Positions 11,639-26,288 are shown, counted from the stretch's first letter. The stretch: DNA of 64,000 nucleotides from Escherichia coli (GCF_001677475.2 NZ_CP015229.1), one strand, 5' to 3'. A program made the numbers and translations. Notes: generated from the sequence alone by a model not told the origin.

Positions 11639-12604
11639 ATGACAACCCAGACTGTCTCTGGTCGCCGTTATTTCACGAAAGCGTGGCTGATGGAGCAGAA
11701 ATCGCTTATCGCTCTGCTGGTGCTGATCGCGATTGTCTCGACGTTAAGTCCGAACTTTTTCACCATCAATAACTTATTCAATATTCTCCAGCAAACTTCG
11801 GTGAACGCCATTATGGCGGTCGGGATGACGCTGGTGATCCTGACGTCGGGCATAGACTTGTCGGTAGGTTCTCTGTTGGCGCTAACCGGCGCAGTTGCTG
11901 CATCTATCGTCGGCATTGAAGTCAATGCGCTGGTGGCTGTCGCTGCTGCTCTCGCGTTAGGTGCCGCAATTGGTGCGGTAACAGGGGTGATTGTAGCGAA
12001 AGGTCGCGTCCAGGCGTTTATCGCTACGCTGGTTATGATGCTTTTACTGCGCGGCGTGACCATGGTTTATACCAACGGTAGCCCAGTGAATACCGGCTTT
12101 ACTGAGAACGCCGATCTGTTTGGCTGGTTTGGTATTGGTCGTCCGCTGGGCGTACCGACGCCAGTCTGGATCATGGGGATTGTCTTCCTCGCGGCCTGGT
12201 ACATGCTGCATCACACGCGTCTGGGGCGTTACATCTACGCGCTGGGCGGCAACGAAGCGGCAACGCGTCTTTCTGGTATCAACGTCAATAAAATCAAAAT
12301 CATCGTCTATTCTCTTTGTGGTCTGCTGGCATCACTGGCCGGGATCATTGAAGTGGCGCGTCTCTCCTCCGCACAACCCACGGCGGGGACTGGCTATGAG
12401 CTGGATGCTATTGCTGCGGTGGTTCTGGGCGGTACGAGTCTGGCGGGCGGAAAAGGTCGCATTGTTGGGACGTTGATCGGCGCATTAATTCTTGGCTTCC
12501 TTAATAATGGATTGAATTTGTTAGGTGTTTCCTCCTATTACCAGATGATCGTCAAAGCGGTGGTGATTTTGCTGGCGGTGCTGGTAGACAACAAAAAGCA
12601 GTAA
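11639..12604 (+). CDS. rbsC: Ribose ABC transporter permease RbsC
   Basis: 321-aa hydrophobic ORF MTTQTVSGRRYFTKAWLMEQKSLIALLVLIAIV. Confidence 0.95.
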   Translation: MTTQTVSGRRYFTKAWLMEQKSLIALLVLIAIVSTLSPNFFTINNLFNILQQTSVNAIMAVGMTLVILTSGIDLSVGSLLALTGAVAASIVGIEVNALVAVAAALALGAAIGAVTGVIVAKGRVQAFIATLVMMLLLRGVTMVYTNGSPVNTGFTENADLFGWFGIGRPLGVPTPVWIMGIVFLAAWYMLHHTRLGRYIYALGGNEAATRLSGINVNKIKIIVYSLCGLLASLAGIIEVARLSSAQPTAGTGYELDAIAAVVLGGTSLAGGKGRIVGTLIGALILGFLNNGLNLLGVSSYYQMIVKAVVILLAVLVDNKKQ

Positions 12605-12628
12605 TAACGACTACAGGACATCTTGAAT

Positions 12629-13489
12629 ATGAACATGAAAAAACTGGCTACCCTGGTTTCCGCTGTTGCGCTAAGCGCCACCGTCAGTGCGAATGCGATG
12701 GCAAAAGACACCATCGCGCTGGTGGTCTCCACGCTTAACAACCCGTTCTTTGTATCGCTGAAAGATGGCGCGCAGAAAGAGGCGGATGAACTTGGCTATA
12801 ACCTGGTGGTGCTGGACTCCCAGAACAACCCGGCGAAAGAGCTGGCGAACGTGCAGGACTTAACCGTTCGCGGCACCAAAATTCTGCTGATTAACCCGAC
12901 CGACTCCGACGCAGTGGGTAATGCTGTGAAGATGGCTAATCAGGCGAACATCCCGGTTATCACTCTTGACCGCCAGGCAACGAAAGGTGAAGTGGTGAGC
13001 CACATTGCATCTGATAACGTACTGGGCGGCAAAATCGCCGGTGATTACATCGCGAAGAAAGCGGGCGAAGGTGCCAAAGTTATCGAGCTGCAAGGCATTG
13101 CTGGTACATCCGCAGCCCGTGAACGTGGCGAAGGCTTCCAGCAGGCCGTTGCTGCTCACAAGTTTAATGTTCTTGCCAGCCAGCCAGCAGATTTTGATCG
13201 CACCAAAGGTTTGAACGTAATGCAGAACCTGTTGACCGCTCATCCGGATGTTCAGGCTGTATTTGCACAGAATGATGAAATGGCGCTGGGCGCGCTGCGC
13301 GCACTGCAAACTGCCGGTAAATCGGATGTGATGGTCGTCGGATTTGACGGTACACCGGATGGCGAAAAAGCGGTTAATGATGGCAAACTAGCAGCGACTA
13401 TCGCTCAGCTACCCGATCAGATTGGCGCGAAAGGCGAGAAAGTTCAGGCTAAGTATCCGGTTGATCTAAAACTGGTTGTTAAGCAGTAG
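12629..13489 (+). CDS. rbsB: Periplasmic ribose-binding protein RbsB (appears ~10 codons shorter than the K-12 protein; see findings)
   Basis: [25 protein letters not shown] signal peptide then [16 protein letters not shown]; ATG at 12629 with AGGA upstream; C-terminus reads [23 protein letters not shown]. Confidence 0.9.
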   Translation: MNMKKLATLVSAVALSATVSANAMAKDTIALVVSTLNNPFFVSLKDGAQKEADELGYNLVVLDSQNNPAKELANVQDLTVRGTKILLINPTDSDAVGNAVKMANQANIPVITLDRQATKGEVVSHIASDNVLGGKIAGDYIAKKAGEGAKVIELQGIAGTSAARERGEGFQQAVAAHKFNVLASQPADFDRTKGLNVMQNLLTAHPDVQAVFAQNDEMALGALRALQTAGKSDVMVVGFDGTPDGEKAVNDGKLAATIAQLPDQIGAKGEKVQAKYPVDLKLVVKQ

Positions 13490-13571
13490 TTTTAATCAGG
13501 TTGTATGACCTGATGATGACATAAATACGTCATCGACAGATGAACGTGTAATATAAAGAAAAGCAGGGCAC

Positions 13572-13599
13572 GCGCCACCCTAACACGGTGGCGCATTTT
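13572..13599 (+). terminator. Hairpin (GCGCCACC / GGTGGCGC) plus short T-run between rbsB and rbsK; possible partial terminator or attenuator
   Basis: 8-bp GC stem with 7-nt loop followed by ATTTTA, read from sequence. Confidence 0.4.
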
Positions 13600-13614
13600 A
13601 TGGACATCCCGAAT

Positions 13615-14544
13615 ATGCAAAACGCAGGCAGCCTCGTTGTTCTTGGCAGCATTAATGCTGACCACATTCTTAATCTTCAATCTTTTCCTACCCCAGGCGA
13701 AACCGTAACCGGTAACCACTATCAGGTTGCATTTGGCGGCAAAGGCGCGAATCAGGCTGTGGCTGCTGGGCGTAGCGGTGCGAATATCGCGTTTATTGCC
13801 TGTACTGGCGATGACAGCATTGGCGAGAGCGTTCGCCAGCAGCTCGCCACTGATAACATCGATATTACTCCGGTCAGCGTGATCAAAGGCGAATCAACAG
13901 GTGTGGCGCTGATTTTTGTTAATGGCGAAGGTGAGAATGTCATTGGTATTCATGCCGGCGCTAATGCTGCCCTTTCCCCTGCGCTGGTGGAAGCGCAACG
14001 TGAGCGTATTGCCAACGCGTCAGCATTATTAATGCAGCTGGAATCACCACTCGAAAGTGTGATGGCAGCGGCGAAAATCGCCCATCAAAATAAGACTATC
14101 GTTGCGCTTAACCCGGCTCCGGCTCGCGAACTTCCTGACGAACTGCTAGCGCTGGTGGACATTATTACGCCAAACGAAACGGAAGCAGAAAAGCTCACCG
14201 GTATTCGTGTTGAAAATGATGAAGATGCAGCGAAGGCGGCGCAGGTACTGCATGAAAAAGGTATCCGTACTGTACTGATTACTTTAGGAAGTCGTGGTGT
14301 ATGGGCTAGCGTGAATGGTGAAGGTCAGCGCGTTCCTGGATTCCGGGTGCAGGCTGTCGATACCATTGCAGCCGGAGATACCTTTAACGGCGCGTTAATC
14401 ACGGCGTTGCTGGAAGAAAAACCATTGCCAGAGGCGATTCGGTTTGCCCATGCTGCCGCTGCGATTGCCGTAACACGTAAAGGCGCACAACCTTCCGTAC
14501 CGTGGCGTGAAGAGATCGACGTATTTTTAGACAGGCAGAGGTGA
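13615..14544 (+). CDS. rbsK: Ribokinase RbsK
   Basis: 309-aa MQNAGSLVVLGSINADHILNLQSFPTPGETVTG from ATG 13615; ORF track starts 9 codons earlier at a GTG. Confidence 0.93.
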   Translation: MQNAGSLVVLGSINADHILNLQSFPTPGETVTGNHYQVAFGGKGANQAVAAGRSGANIAFIACTGDDSIGESVRQQLATDNIDITPVSVIKGESTGVALIFVNGEGENVIGIHAGANAALSPALVEAQRERIANASALLMQLESPLESVMAAAKIAHQNKTIVALNPAPARELPDELLALVDIITPNETEAEKLTGIRVENDEDAAKAAQVLHEKGIRTVLITLGSRGVWASVNGEGQRVPGFRVQAVDTIAAGDTFNGALITALLEEKPLPEAIRFAHAAAAIAVTRKGAQPSVPWREEIDVFLDRQR

Positions 14545-14547
14545 CGC

Positions 14548-15540
14548 TTGGCTACAATGAAAGATGTTGCCCGTCTGGCGGGCGTTTCTACCTCAACAGT
14601 TTCTCACGTTATCAATAAAGATCGCTTCGTCAGTGAAGCGATTACCGCCAAAGTTGAAGCGGCGATTAAAGAACTCAATTACGCGCCATCAGCTCTGGCG
14701 CGTAGCCTCAAACTCAATCAAACACATACCATTGGCATGTTGATCACTGCCAGTACCAATCCTTTCTATTCAGAACTGGTGCGTGGCGTTGAACGCAGCT
14801 GCTTCGAACGCGGTTATAGTCTCGTCCTTTGCAATACCGAAGGCGATGAACAGCGGATGAATCGCAATCTGGAAACGCTGATGCAAAAACGCGTTGATGG
14901 CTTACTGTTACTGTGCACCGAAACGCATCAGCCTTCGCGTGAAATCATGCAACGTTATCCGACAGTGCCTACCGTGATGATGGACTGGGCTCCGTTCGAT
15001 GGCGACAGCGATCTTATTCAGGATAACTCGTTGCTGGGCGGAGACTTAGCAACGCAATATCTGATCGATAAAGGTCATACCCGTATCGCCTGTATTACCG
15101 GTCCGCTGGATAAAACTCCGGCGCGCCTGCGGTTGGAAGGTTATCGGGCGGCGATGAAACGTGCGGGTCTCAACATTCCTGATGGCTATGAAGTCACTGG
15201 TGATTTTGAATTTAATGGCGGGTTTGACGCCATGCGCCAACTGTTATCACATCCGCTGCGTCCTCAGGCCGTCTTTACCGGAAATGACGCTATGGCTGTT
15301 GGCGTTTACCAGGCGCTGTATCAGGCAGAGTTACAGGTTCCACAGGATATCGCGGTGATTGGCTATGACGATATCGAATTGGCAAGCTTTATGACGCCAC
15401 CATTAACCACTATCCACCAACCGAAAGATGAACTGGGGGAGCTGGCGATTGATGTACTCATCCATCGGATAACCCAGCCGACCCTTCAGCAACAACGATT
15501 ACAACTTACTCCGATTCTGATGGAACGCGGTTCGGCTTAG
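14548..15540 (+). CDS. rbsR: LacI-family ribose operon repressor RbsR
   Basis: 330-codon [35 protein letters not shown] (HTH); begins at TTG 14548. Confidence 0.92.
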
Positions 15541-16933
15541 ATTTACGCTGTCTTTTGATCAAATTATTACCATCGGTTGTTTTCAGAAGCATGAACATTG
15601 CTGCTGAAGCAACAGTAATAATGCCCATCGTGATAAACGTATAGTGGAATTGTTCTACAGTCGTTGTGCCTTCCATCCCTTCATAAACGCGAAGGACGGC
15701 CGCACTTACAGCAACGCCTAAACTGATCGACAGTTGCTGCGTGACCGCCAGAACACTGTTACCGCTGCTGGCGTTGTCATCGGTCAGATCGGCAAGTGTG
15801 ATGGTATTCATCGCGGTAAACTGCGTCGACATAGCCATCCCTAATATAAACAACGGCAAGATTAGCATCCATATCGCCATTGCCGGTGATTGCAAAGAGA
15901 ACTGAGCGATCATTAACCCAATAATCACCGTGATCCCCACTAATGTATGGCGATAGCCCAGACGACGTAAGACTTGGGTAACCATCGATTTTGCAATAAT
16001 GGAACCTAACGCTGTCGGTGCCATCATACAGCCGGCAATAAACGCCTGATAACCAAATCCTACCTGTAACATCAATGGCATAAGAAACGGTACGCAGCCG
16101 GTCCCCAGACGGGTTGCAATATTGCCTACGATACCGATCGAGAAAGTGCGGGTTTTAAATAAATCTAATGAAATTAATGGGTTTGGCGTGCGTCGTGCAT
16201 GGAGAATATAGAGAAGCAGTAACCCGATGCTGGTGACAATTACCGTCAAGGCAATCCAGCTGGCGACAATCTTTTCCCCGAATAGCTCTATTCCGCTTGA
16301 GAAGAGAACAAGGCTGAGGCCAAACAGCAAAAAGCCAGTGATATCGAATCTGCGTCGTGCGGTGGTGAAATTGGGCATATGTTTGCGCGCGTAAAGAAGG
16401 CCCGCAATACCTATGGGGATATTGATTAAAAATATCCAGTGCCAGGTTGCCCAAGTGACCAGCACGCCGCCAAGAACGGGGCCTAAAATTGGCCCCACCA
16501 GACCCGGCATGGCGACAAAATTCAATACCGGAAGAAGTTCATTACGAGGATAAGCACGCAGTAAGGCCAGCCGAGCAACAGGCATCATCATTGCGCCGCC
16601 TATCCCCTGAATAACCCGGAAGACAACCAGCTGTGGTAGCGAGTTGGAAAGTGCGCAGGCCAGAGAACCCAACGTGAACAGACTCACGGCAAGGGTAAAA
16701 ATGCGACGCGTACCGAAGCGATCGGCTAGCCATCCGCTTACCGGAATAAGCATCGCCACCGTCAGCGTATAACTGATGATGGCTGATTGCATCGCGAGAG
16801 GAGAACGATTAAGGCTATGAGCGATTGCGGGTAAGGCGGTATTCAGAATAGTGGCATCAAGTGCCTGCATGAAGAAGGCCATCGCCGCGATCCACGGCAA
16901 ACCCGACATACTGCGCTTCTTTTTATCGCTCAT
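15506..16933 (-). CDS. hsrA: MFS-family transporter HsrA (YieO)
   Basis: 475-aa hydrophobic [41 protein letters not shown]; 3' end overlaps rbsR by 35 nt (convergent). Confidence 0.9.
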
Positions 16934-16955
16934 TCAATGTCCTGTTATCGGGTTA

Positions 16956-17648
16956 TCACTTATCAGGTGAGCGTAGCAGCGCCTGACAAGCTTTAAATGC
17001 CGCGTCGCCATCGCTTTGGATAATCGCATCGACAATCGCCTGATGCAGATCCAGCTTTATCACTGTGTCGCTGGTAATTGACGTGAAGTAAGTGTGATAA
17101 ACTGAATGGAATAGCGAGGCGAATGAGGTCAAAAACGGATTGGCGCTCATTTCATAGATATGCTCATGCCAGGCCATATCGACTTCGATCCAGCGTTCAC
17201 GGCGAAAGTTCTCTTTTAATGCCGCCATTTCGGCCATTAACGTATTGAGATGCGCTTTCTGTTCTGCGGTGCCAACCGTTGCTGCCAGTAGGCAGGCTTG
17301 CGGCTCCAGACAGATACGCATAACCAGAAAGTGATCGATGACCTGATGAAAGTTCTCTTCTGTCATCCACCAGGTAAGCAATTCCTGATCAAGAAAATTC
17401 CAGTTCGATTGTGGCATTACCCGGGTACCAATTCGCGGTCGCGGTAAAACCATCCCTTTTGCCGTTAACGTTTTGACCGCTTCGCGTACCGCTGTACGAC
17501 TCACTCCAAATTGCTCGCCCAGCTCAATCTCACCGGGCAAAATGGTGCCGGGTTCATATTCACCTTTTAAGATCCGTTGCGCCAGCTTCTCAGCCAGAAC
17601 ATACGAAAGGTTTTTCTGTGCAGCTAACTGTTGTGCGCTTAAAGGCAT
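16956..17648 (-). CDS. yieP: GntR-family transcriptional regulator YieP
   Basis: 230-aa ORF with N-terminal wHTH (GEIELGEQFGVSRTAVREAVKTL). Confidence 0.9.
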   Translation of the reverse strand: MPLSAQQLAAQKNLSYVLAEKLAQRILKGEYEPGTILPGEIELGEQFGVSRTAVREAVKTLTAKGMVLPRPRIGTRVMPQSNWNFLDQELLTWWMTEENFHQVIDHFLVMRICLEPQACLLAATVGTAEQKAHLNTLMAEMAALKENFRRERWIEVDMAWHEHIYEMSANPFLTSFASLFHSVYHTYFTSITSDTVIKLDLHQAIVDAIIQSDGDAAFKACQALLRSPDK

Positions 17649-17774
17649 TACTAATCTTCCTTTTTCTTTTTATTCCTCCTTAGTATGCCACCAGGAAGTG
17701 TGATTACGGTTGCAAAAACGGCAAATTGCTTGTTTTATGGCACATTAACGGGGCTTTTGCTGAAAAAATGCGCG

Positions 17775-17828
17775 GTCAGAAAATTATTTTAAATTTCCTC
17801 TTGTCAGGCCGGAATAACTCCCTATAAT
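17775..17828 (+). promoter_or_regulatory. rrn P1 promoter with A/T-rich UP element (-35 TTGTCA 17801-17806, -10 TATAAT 17823-17828)
   Basis: TTGTCAGGCCGGAATAACTCCCTATAATGCGCCACCACTG is the canonical rrn P1 core, preceded by AAAATTATTTTAAATTTCCTC. Confidence 0.9.
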
Positions 17829-17917
17829 GCGCCACCACTGACACGGAACAACGGCAAACACGCCGCCGGGTCAGCGGGGTTCTCCTGAGAATCTCAACAG
17901 AGAAAAGCAAAAAATGC

Positions 17918-17945
17918 TTGACTCTGTAGCGGGAAAGCGTATTAT
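17918..17945 (+). promoter_or_regulatory. rrn P2 promoter (-35 TTGACT, -10 TATTAT)
   Basis: TTGACTCTGTAGCGGGAAAGCGTATTATGC matches rrn P2. Confidence 0.85.
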
Positions 17946-17982
17946 GCACACCCCGCGCCGCTGAGAAAAAGCGAAGCGGCAC

Positions 17983-17995
17983 TGCTCTTTAACAA
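17983..17995 (+). promoter_or_regulatory. rrn antitermination boxA (TGCTCTTTAACAA) in the 16S leader
   Basis: Exact boxA consensus read in the leader. Confidence 0.85.
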
Positions 17996-18126
17996 TTTAT
18001 CAGACAATCTGTGTGGGCACTCGAAGATACGGATTCTTAACGTCGCAAGACGAAAAATGAATACCAAGTCTCAAGAGTGAACACGTAATTCATTACGAAG
18101 TTTAATTCTTTGAGCATCAAACTTTT

Positions 18127-19668
<1,542 letters not shown>

Positions 19669-19753
19669 CCTTAAAGAAGCGTACTTTGCAGTGCTCACAC
19701 AGATTGTCTGATAGAAAGTGAAAAGCAAGGCGTCTTGCGAAGCAGACTGATAC

Positions 19754-19829
19754 GTCCCCTTCGTCTAGAGGCCCAGGACACCGCCCTTTCACGGCGGTAA
19801 CAGGGGTTCGAATCCCCTAGGGGACGCCA
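19754..19829 (+). tRNA. gltU: tRNA-Glu (UUC) in the 16S-23S spacer
   Basis: GTCCCCTTCGTCTAGAGGCCCAGGACACCGCCCTTTCACGGCGGTAACAGGGGTTCGAATCCCCTAGGGGACGCCA, 76 nt. Confidence 0.95.
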
Positions 19830-20022
19830 CTTGCTGGTTTGTGAGTGAAAGTCACCTGCCTTAATATCTCAAAATTCATCTTCGGGTGATGTTTGAGATA
19901 TTTGCTCTTTAAAAATCTGGATCAAGCTGAAAATTGAAACACTGAACAACGAAAGTTGTTCGTGAGTCTCTCAAATTTTCGCAACACGATGATGAATCGA
20001 AAGAAACATCTTCGGGTTGTGA

Positions 20023-22925
<2,903 letters not shown>

Positions 22926-23018
22926 ACAACGCCGAAGATGTTTTGGCGGATTGAGAGAAGATTTTCAGCCTGATACAGATTAAATCAGAACGCAGAAGCG
23001 GTCTGATGAAACAGAATT

Positions 23019-23138
23019 TGCCTGGCGGCCGTAGCGCGGTGGTCCCACCTGACCCCATGCCGAACTCAGAAGTGAAACGCCGTAGCGCCGATGGTAGTGT
23101 GGGGTCTCCCCATGCGAGAGTAGGGAACTGCCAGGCAT
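23019..23138 (+). rRNA. rrfC: 5S ribosomal RNA
   Basis: TGCCTGGCGGCCGTAGCGCGGTGGTCCCACCTGACCCCATGCCGAACTCAGAAGTGAAACGCCG...CTGCCAGGCAT, 120 nt. Confidence 0.96.
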
Positions 23139-23190
23139 CAAATTAAGCAGTAAGCCGGTCATAAAACCGGTGGTTGTAAAAGAATTCGGT

Positions 23191-23267
23191 GGAGCGGTAG
23201 TTCAGTCGGTTAGAATACCTGCCTGTCACGCAGGGGGTCGCGGGTTCGAGTCCCGTCCGTTCCGCCA
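23191..23267 (+). tRNA. aspT: tRNA-Asp (GUC)
   Basis: GGAGCGGTAGTTCAGTCGGTTAGAATACCTGCCTGTCACGCAGGGGGTCGCGGGTTCGAGTCCCGTCCGTTCCGCCA, 77 nt. Confidence 0.95.
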
Positions 23268-23275
23268 CCCTAATT

Positions 23276-23351
23276 AGGGGCGTAGTTCAATTGGTAGAGC
23301 ACCGGTCTCCAAAACCGGGTGTTGGGAGTTCGAGTCTCTCCGCCCCTGCCA
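23276..23351 (+). tRNA. trpT: tRNA-Trp (CCA)
   Basis: AGGGGCGTAGTTCAATTGGTAGAGCACCGGTCTCCAAAACCGGGTGTTGGGAGTTCGAGTCTCTCCGCCCCTGCCA, 76 nt. Confidence 0.95.
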
Positions 23352-23357
23352 GAAATC

Positions 23358-23387
23358 ATCCTTAGCGAAAGCTAAGGATTTTTTTTA
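23358..23387 (+). terminator. rrn operon intrinsic terminator
   Basis: ATCCTTAGC-GAAA-GCTAAGGAT hairpin followed by TTTTTTTT. Confidence 0.85.
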
Positions 23388-23445
23388 TCTGAAATAACCT
23401 CTCCGAAGTAAATCCTTCTACCGGCATCCTTGCCAGCCATTCAGA

Positions 23446-24285
23446 TTAATACACTTCATCCAGCACGTTAATTTTCAATAGATCGCGAATCAACGCATTT
23501 TTATCGCTATTTTGCAGCCATATGGCATAAAGCGGCCGTGAAAGTGTTGTGCTATCGACAACGGTATGCAGGCCGCCCTTTTTACGCGCCCAACTGACGG
23601 GTAGCCAAGTGCAACCATTAAGCGTCGCAATCTGTTGCTGTGCCAGTTCAGCAGAACTGGTTGTCAGAATGGGAACTTCGTCAGCACCGATCAAACCTGC
23701 CTCATGCTGTTGAAAATCTGGCCCCCATTCCAGTCGCAGATAGTTAAGATCTCCCTTTAGTTTGGAAGGGGCACTGGTATAAAGCGCTAAAGTGAAATAC
23801 CCGAGCAACTGACTGCTAAATTCGTCCATTTTGGGCGCTTCAGTAGTAATAAGAAGATCAAGCTGGCGTTCATGCAGCTGTTTTACCAGAGACTGCCGTT
23901 GGGCAATTCGCGCTTCGAACTGTAAGCCTGTATGGGCATCCTGATTTTTATACAAACGTCCCAGCCACTGATTAAGCATACATTCCCACAATGAGGCGCT
24001 GGCACCGATAGAAAACTCGTTATGTCGTGAGGTATGTGCCACCTCCTTACGGGCGGCCTGCCAGGTGCTCATGAGCGTTTCTGCATAAGGCAGTAGTTTT
24101 TCACCGGCAGCGGTTAAACGGATATTGTTTCTGTGGCGGGTGAAAAGGTTCACACCCAGTTGATTTTCCAGTTGTCTGATTCGAAAGCTCACTGCTGACT
24201 GGGTCAGGTAGAGCGATTCAGCCGCTCGACCAAAGTGACGCGTTCGGCTAACTTCCAGGAAAGTTTTTAACAATTCCGTATCCAC
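23446..24285 (-). CDS. hdfR: LysR-family transcriptional regulator HdfR
   Basis: 279-codon ORF (GTG start) [40 protein letters not shown], LysR HTH. Confidence 0.92.
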   Translation of the reverse strand: MDTELLKTFLEVSRTRHFGRAAESLYLTQSAVSFRIRQLENQLGVNLFTRHRNNIRLTAAGEKLLPYAETLMSTWQAARKEVAHTSRHNEFSIGASASLWECMLNQWLGRLYKNQDAHTGLQFEARIAQRQSLVKQLHERQLDLLITTEAPKMDEFSSQLLGYFTLALYTSAPSKLKGDLNYLRLEWGPDFQQHEAGLIGADEVPILTTSSAELAQQQIATLNGCTWLPVSWARKKGGLHTVVDSTTLSRPLYAIWLQNSDKNALIRDLLKINVLDEVY

Positions 24286-24352
24286 AGTGCTCTCCGCAAA
24301 ATTATTTGTCGTTATGATTTAAATGTTTTGTTTTACACTCTGTCAAGCGTAA

Positions 24353-24369
24353 CTAATACTCCGCGCCAT
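24353..24369. promoter_or_regulatory. maoS: Candidate maoS site (CTAATACTCCGCGCCAT) for MaoP-dependent Ori macrodomain organisation
   Basis: 17-mer in the hdfR-yifE divergent intergenic region matches the maoS sequence as I remember it; recalled from memory, not searched. Confidence 0.55.
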
Positions 24370-24403
24370 AACTAGCTCGGTCAAAGAATTAGGAGCGTGC
24401 AGG

Positions 24404-24742
24404 ATGGCGGAAAGCTTTACGACGACTAATCGATATTTCGACAATAAACATTATCCACGTGGATTCTCTCGTCATGGTGATTTCACCATCAAAGAGGCAC
24501 AACTGCTTGAGCGTCATGGTTATGCCTTCAATGAGTTGGATCTTGGCAAACGCGAGCCGGTTACCGAGGAAGAGAAACTCTTCGTAGCAGTATGCCGTGG
24601 CGAACGTGAGCCAGTGACAGAAGCAGAACGCGTGTGGTCCAAGTATATGACGCGTATCAAGCGTCCAAAACGTTTTCACACCCTTTCCGGCGGTAAACCG
24701 CAGGTTGAAGGTGCTGAAGACTACACCGATTCTGACGATTAA
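24404..24742 (+). CDS. maoP: Macrodomain Ori protein MaoP (YifE, UPF0438)
   Basis: 112-aa [45 protein letters not shown]; GGAG SD upstream. Confidence 0.92.
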   Translation: MAESFTTTNRYFDNKHYPRGFSRHGDFTIKEAQLLERHGYAFNELDLGKREPVTEEEKLFVAVCRGEREPVTEAERVWSKYMTRIKRPKRFHTLSGGKPQVEGAEDYTDSDD

Positions 24743-24743
24743 T

Positions 24744-24769
24744 AAAAAGGGCGAAATGCCCTTTTTTTT
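24744..24769. terminator. Bidirectional intrinsic terminator between yifE (+) and yifB (-)
   Basis: AATAAAAA-GGGC-GAAAT-GCCC-TTTTTTTT: short GC stem flanked by an A-run and a T-run. Confidence 0.7.
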
Positions 24770-26288
24770 ATGTCAGTAGTTTTTGCAGATGGATGAGCAA
24801 ACGGTCAATGGCACGATAGCTAACTGCCTCCTGCAAATGCTGACGTGTGATAATGTCGGACTGATCAATATCAGCAATGGTTCGTGCAACTTTCAGTAAC
24901 CGCTGCCAGGCACGAATCGATAACCCCAGATGGATCAGCGTTTCTTCCAGCCACTGCGCATCTTCGCTCTCAAGCTTGCAGAATTGGCGTATTTCCGGAC
25001 TATCCAGCCAGGCATTCAGTTTATTCTGCCGCTTAAATTGGCGCTCTCTGGCGGCCATTACGCGTTGTTTAACGGTGGCGCTGCTTTCTCCCGGCACTAC
25101 CGTTTTACTCAAAATGCCGGGTGGCGGTAATGGGATCTCCAGTGAGAGATCGAAGCGGTCGAGAAAGGGACCAGAGAGTCGGTTGAGATAACGCAGCGTT
25201 TGCTCTGGTGTGCAGCGGTTATGGTTTCCCTGATAATGTCCGGTAGGGCTGGGATTCATCGCCGCAACAAGTTGGAAACGGGCTGGATAGGTTATTTTTG
25301 CTCGTGTGCGTGAAAGATGGATCTGCCCGGATTCAATCGGCTCTCGCAAGGCATCCAGTGTACGCCGTTCAAATTCAGGTAGCTCATCAAGAAAAAGCAC
25401 GCCGTTATGCGCCAGCGAAATTTCACCTGGCCCTGGAATTGCACCACCGCCCACCATCGCAGTTAACGACGCACTGTGATGAGGTGAGCGGAACGGGCGC
25501 TGCCGCCATTGTTTTTGTACTGATTCAGCATTTACCAGACTTAATATCGCTGCGCTCTCCAGTGCCTCTTCATTGCTTAAATCTGGCAACAGGCCATTAA
25601 TACGGCTGGCGAGCATTGTTTTACCTGTTCCCGGCGGCCCAATCAGTAAAAGGTTGTGCCCGCCAGCGGCGGTAATTTCCAGTCCTCGCTTTCCTTGTTC
25701 CTGACCGACAACATCACTGAGATCATGTTGTAGCGCCCGGGATACTGTATCAGTTGGTTTCGGGCGTTCGAGAACGTGCTTACCTTCCAGAAACGCACAG
25801 ACAGCCTGCAGATGATCGGCTATCAGGCATCCTTCACCGTTAATTAGCCCCACTTCATCTTCGTTATCTTTCGCGACGATAATTTTTCTACCTGCCTTAA
25901 TAGCTTCAGTTGCACTGGAAATTGCGCCGGGAACGCCACGCAGAGCGCCTGTAAGCGCCAGTTCTCCGACTAATTCATATTCATCTAACTTATTGGCTGT
26001 AAGCTGTTCTGAGGCCGCCAGCAACGCAATGGCGATAGGTAAATCATATCGTCCCCCTTCTTTTGGCAGATCGGCTGGAGCTAGGTTGATGGTGATTTTT
26101 TTCGCCGGATATTCATATCCGCTATTGATAATGGCGCTGCGCACGCGATCGCGAGCTTCTTTTACAGTTGTTTCTGGTAAGCCCACCATCGTTAAGCCGG
26201 GTAGACCTTTACTGATATGTACCTCAACAGTGATTGGGGGCGCATTTACTCCCAGGGCTGCGCGGGTATGAACAATTGACAGTGACAT
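24768..26288 (-). CDS. yifB: Mg-chelatase-like AAA+ ATPase YifB (ComM family)
   Basis: Canonical 506-aa MSLSIVHTRAALGVNAPPITVEVHISKGLPGL from ATG 26286-26288 (ORF track extends 10 codons upstream); Walker A GPPGTGKT. Confidence 0.9.
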   Translation of the reverse strand: MSLSIVHTRAALGVNAPPITVEVHISKGLPGLTMVGLPETTVKEARDRVRSAIINSGYEYPAKKITINLAPADLPKEGGRYDLPIAIALLAASEQLTANKLDEYELVGELALTGALRGVPGAISSATEAIKAGRKIIVAKDNEDEVGLINGEGCLIADHLQAVCAFLEGKHVLERPKPTDTVSRALQHDLSDVVGQEQGKRGLEITAAGGHNLLLIGPPGTGKTMLASRINGLLPDLSNEEALESAAILSLVNAESVQKQWRQRPFRSPHHSASLTAMVGGGAIPGPGEISLAHNGVLFLDELPEFERRTLDALREPIESGQIHLSRTRAKITYPARFQLVAAMNPSPTGHYQGNHNRCTPEQTLRYLNRLSGPFLDRFDLSLEIPLPPPGILSKTVVPGESSATVKQRVMAARERQFKRQNKLNAWLDSPEIRQFCKLESEDAQWLEETLIHLGLSIRAWQRLLKVARTIADIDQSDIITRQHLQEAVSYRAIDRLLIHLQKLLT

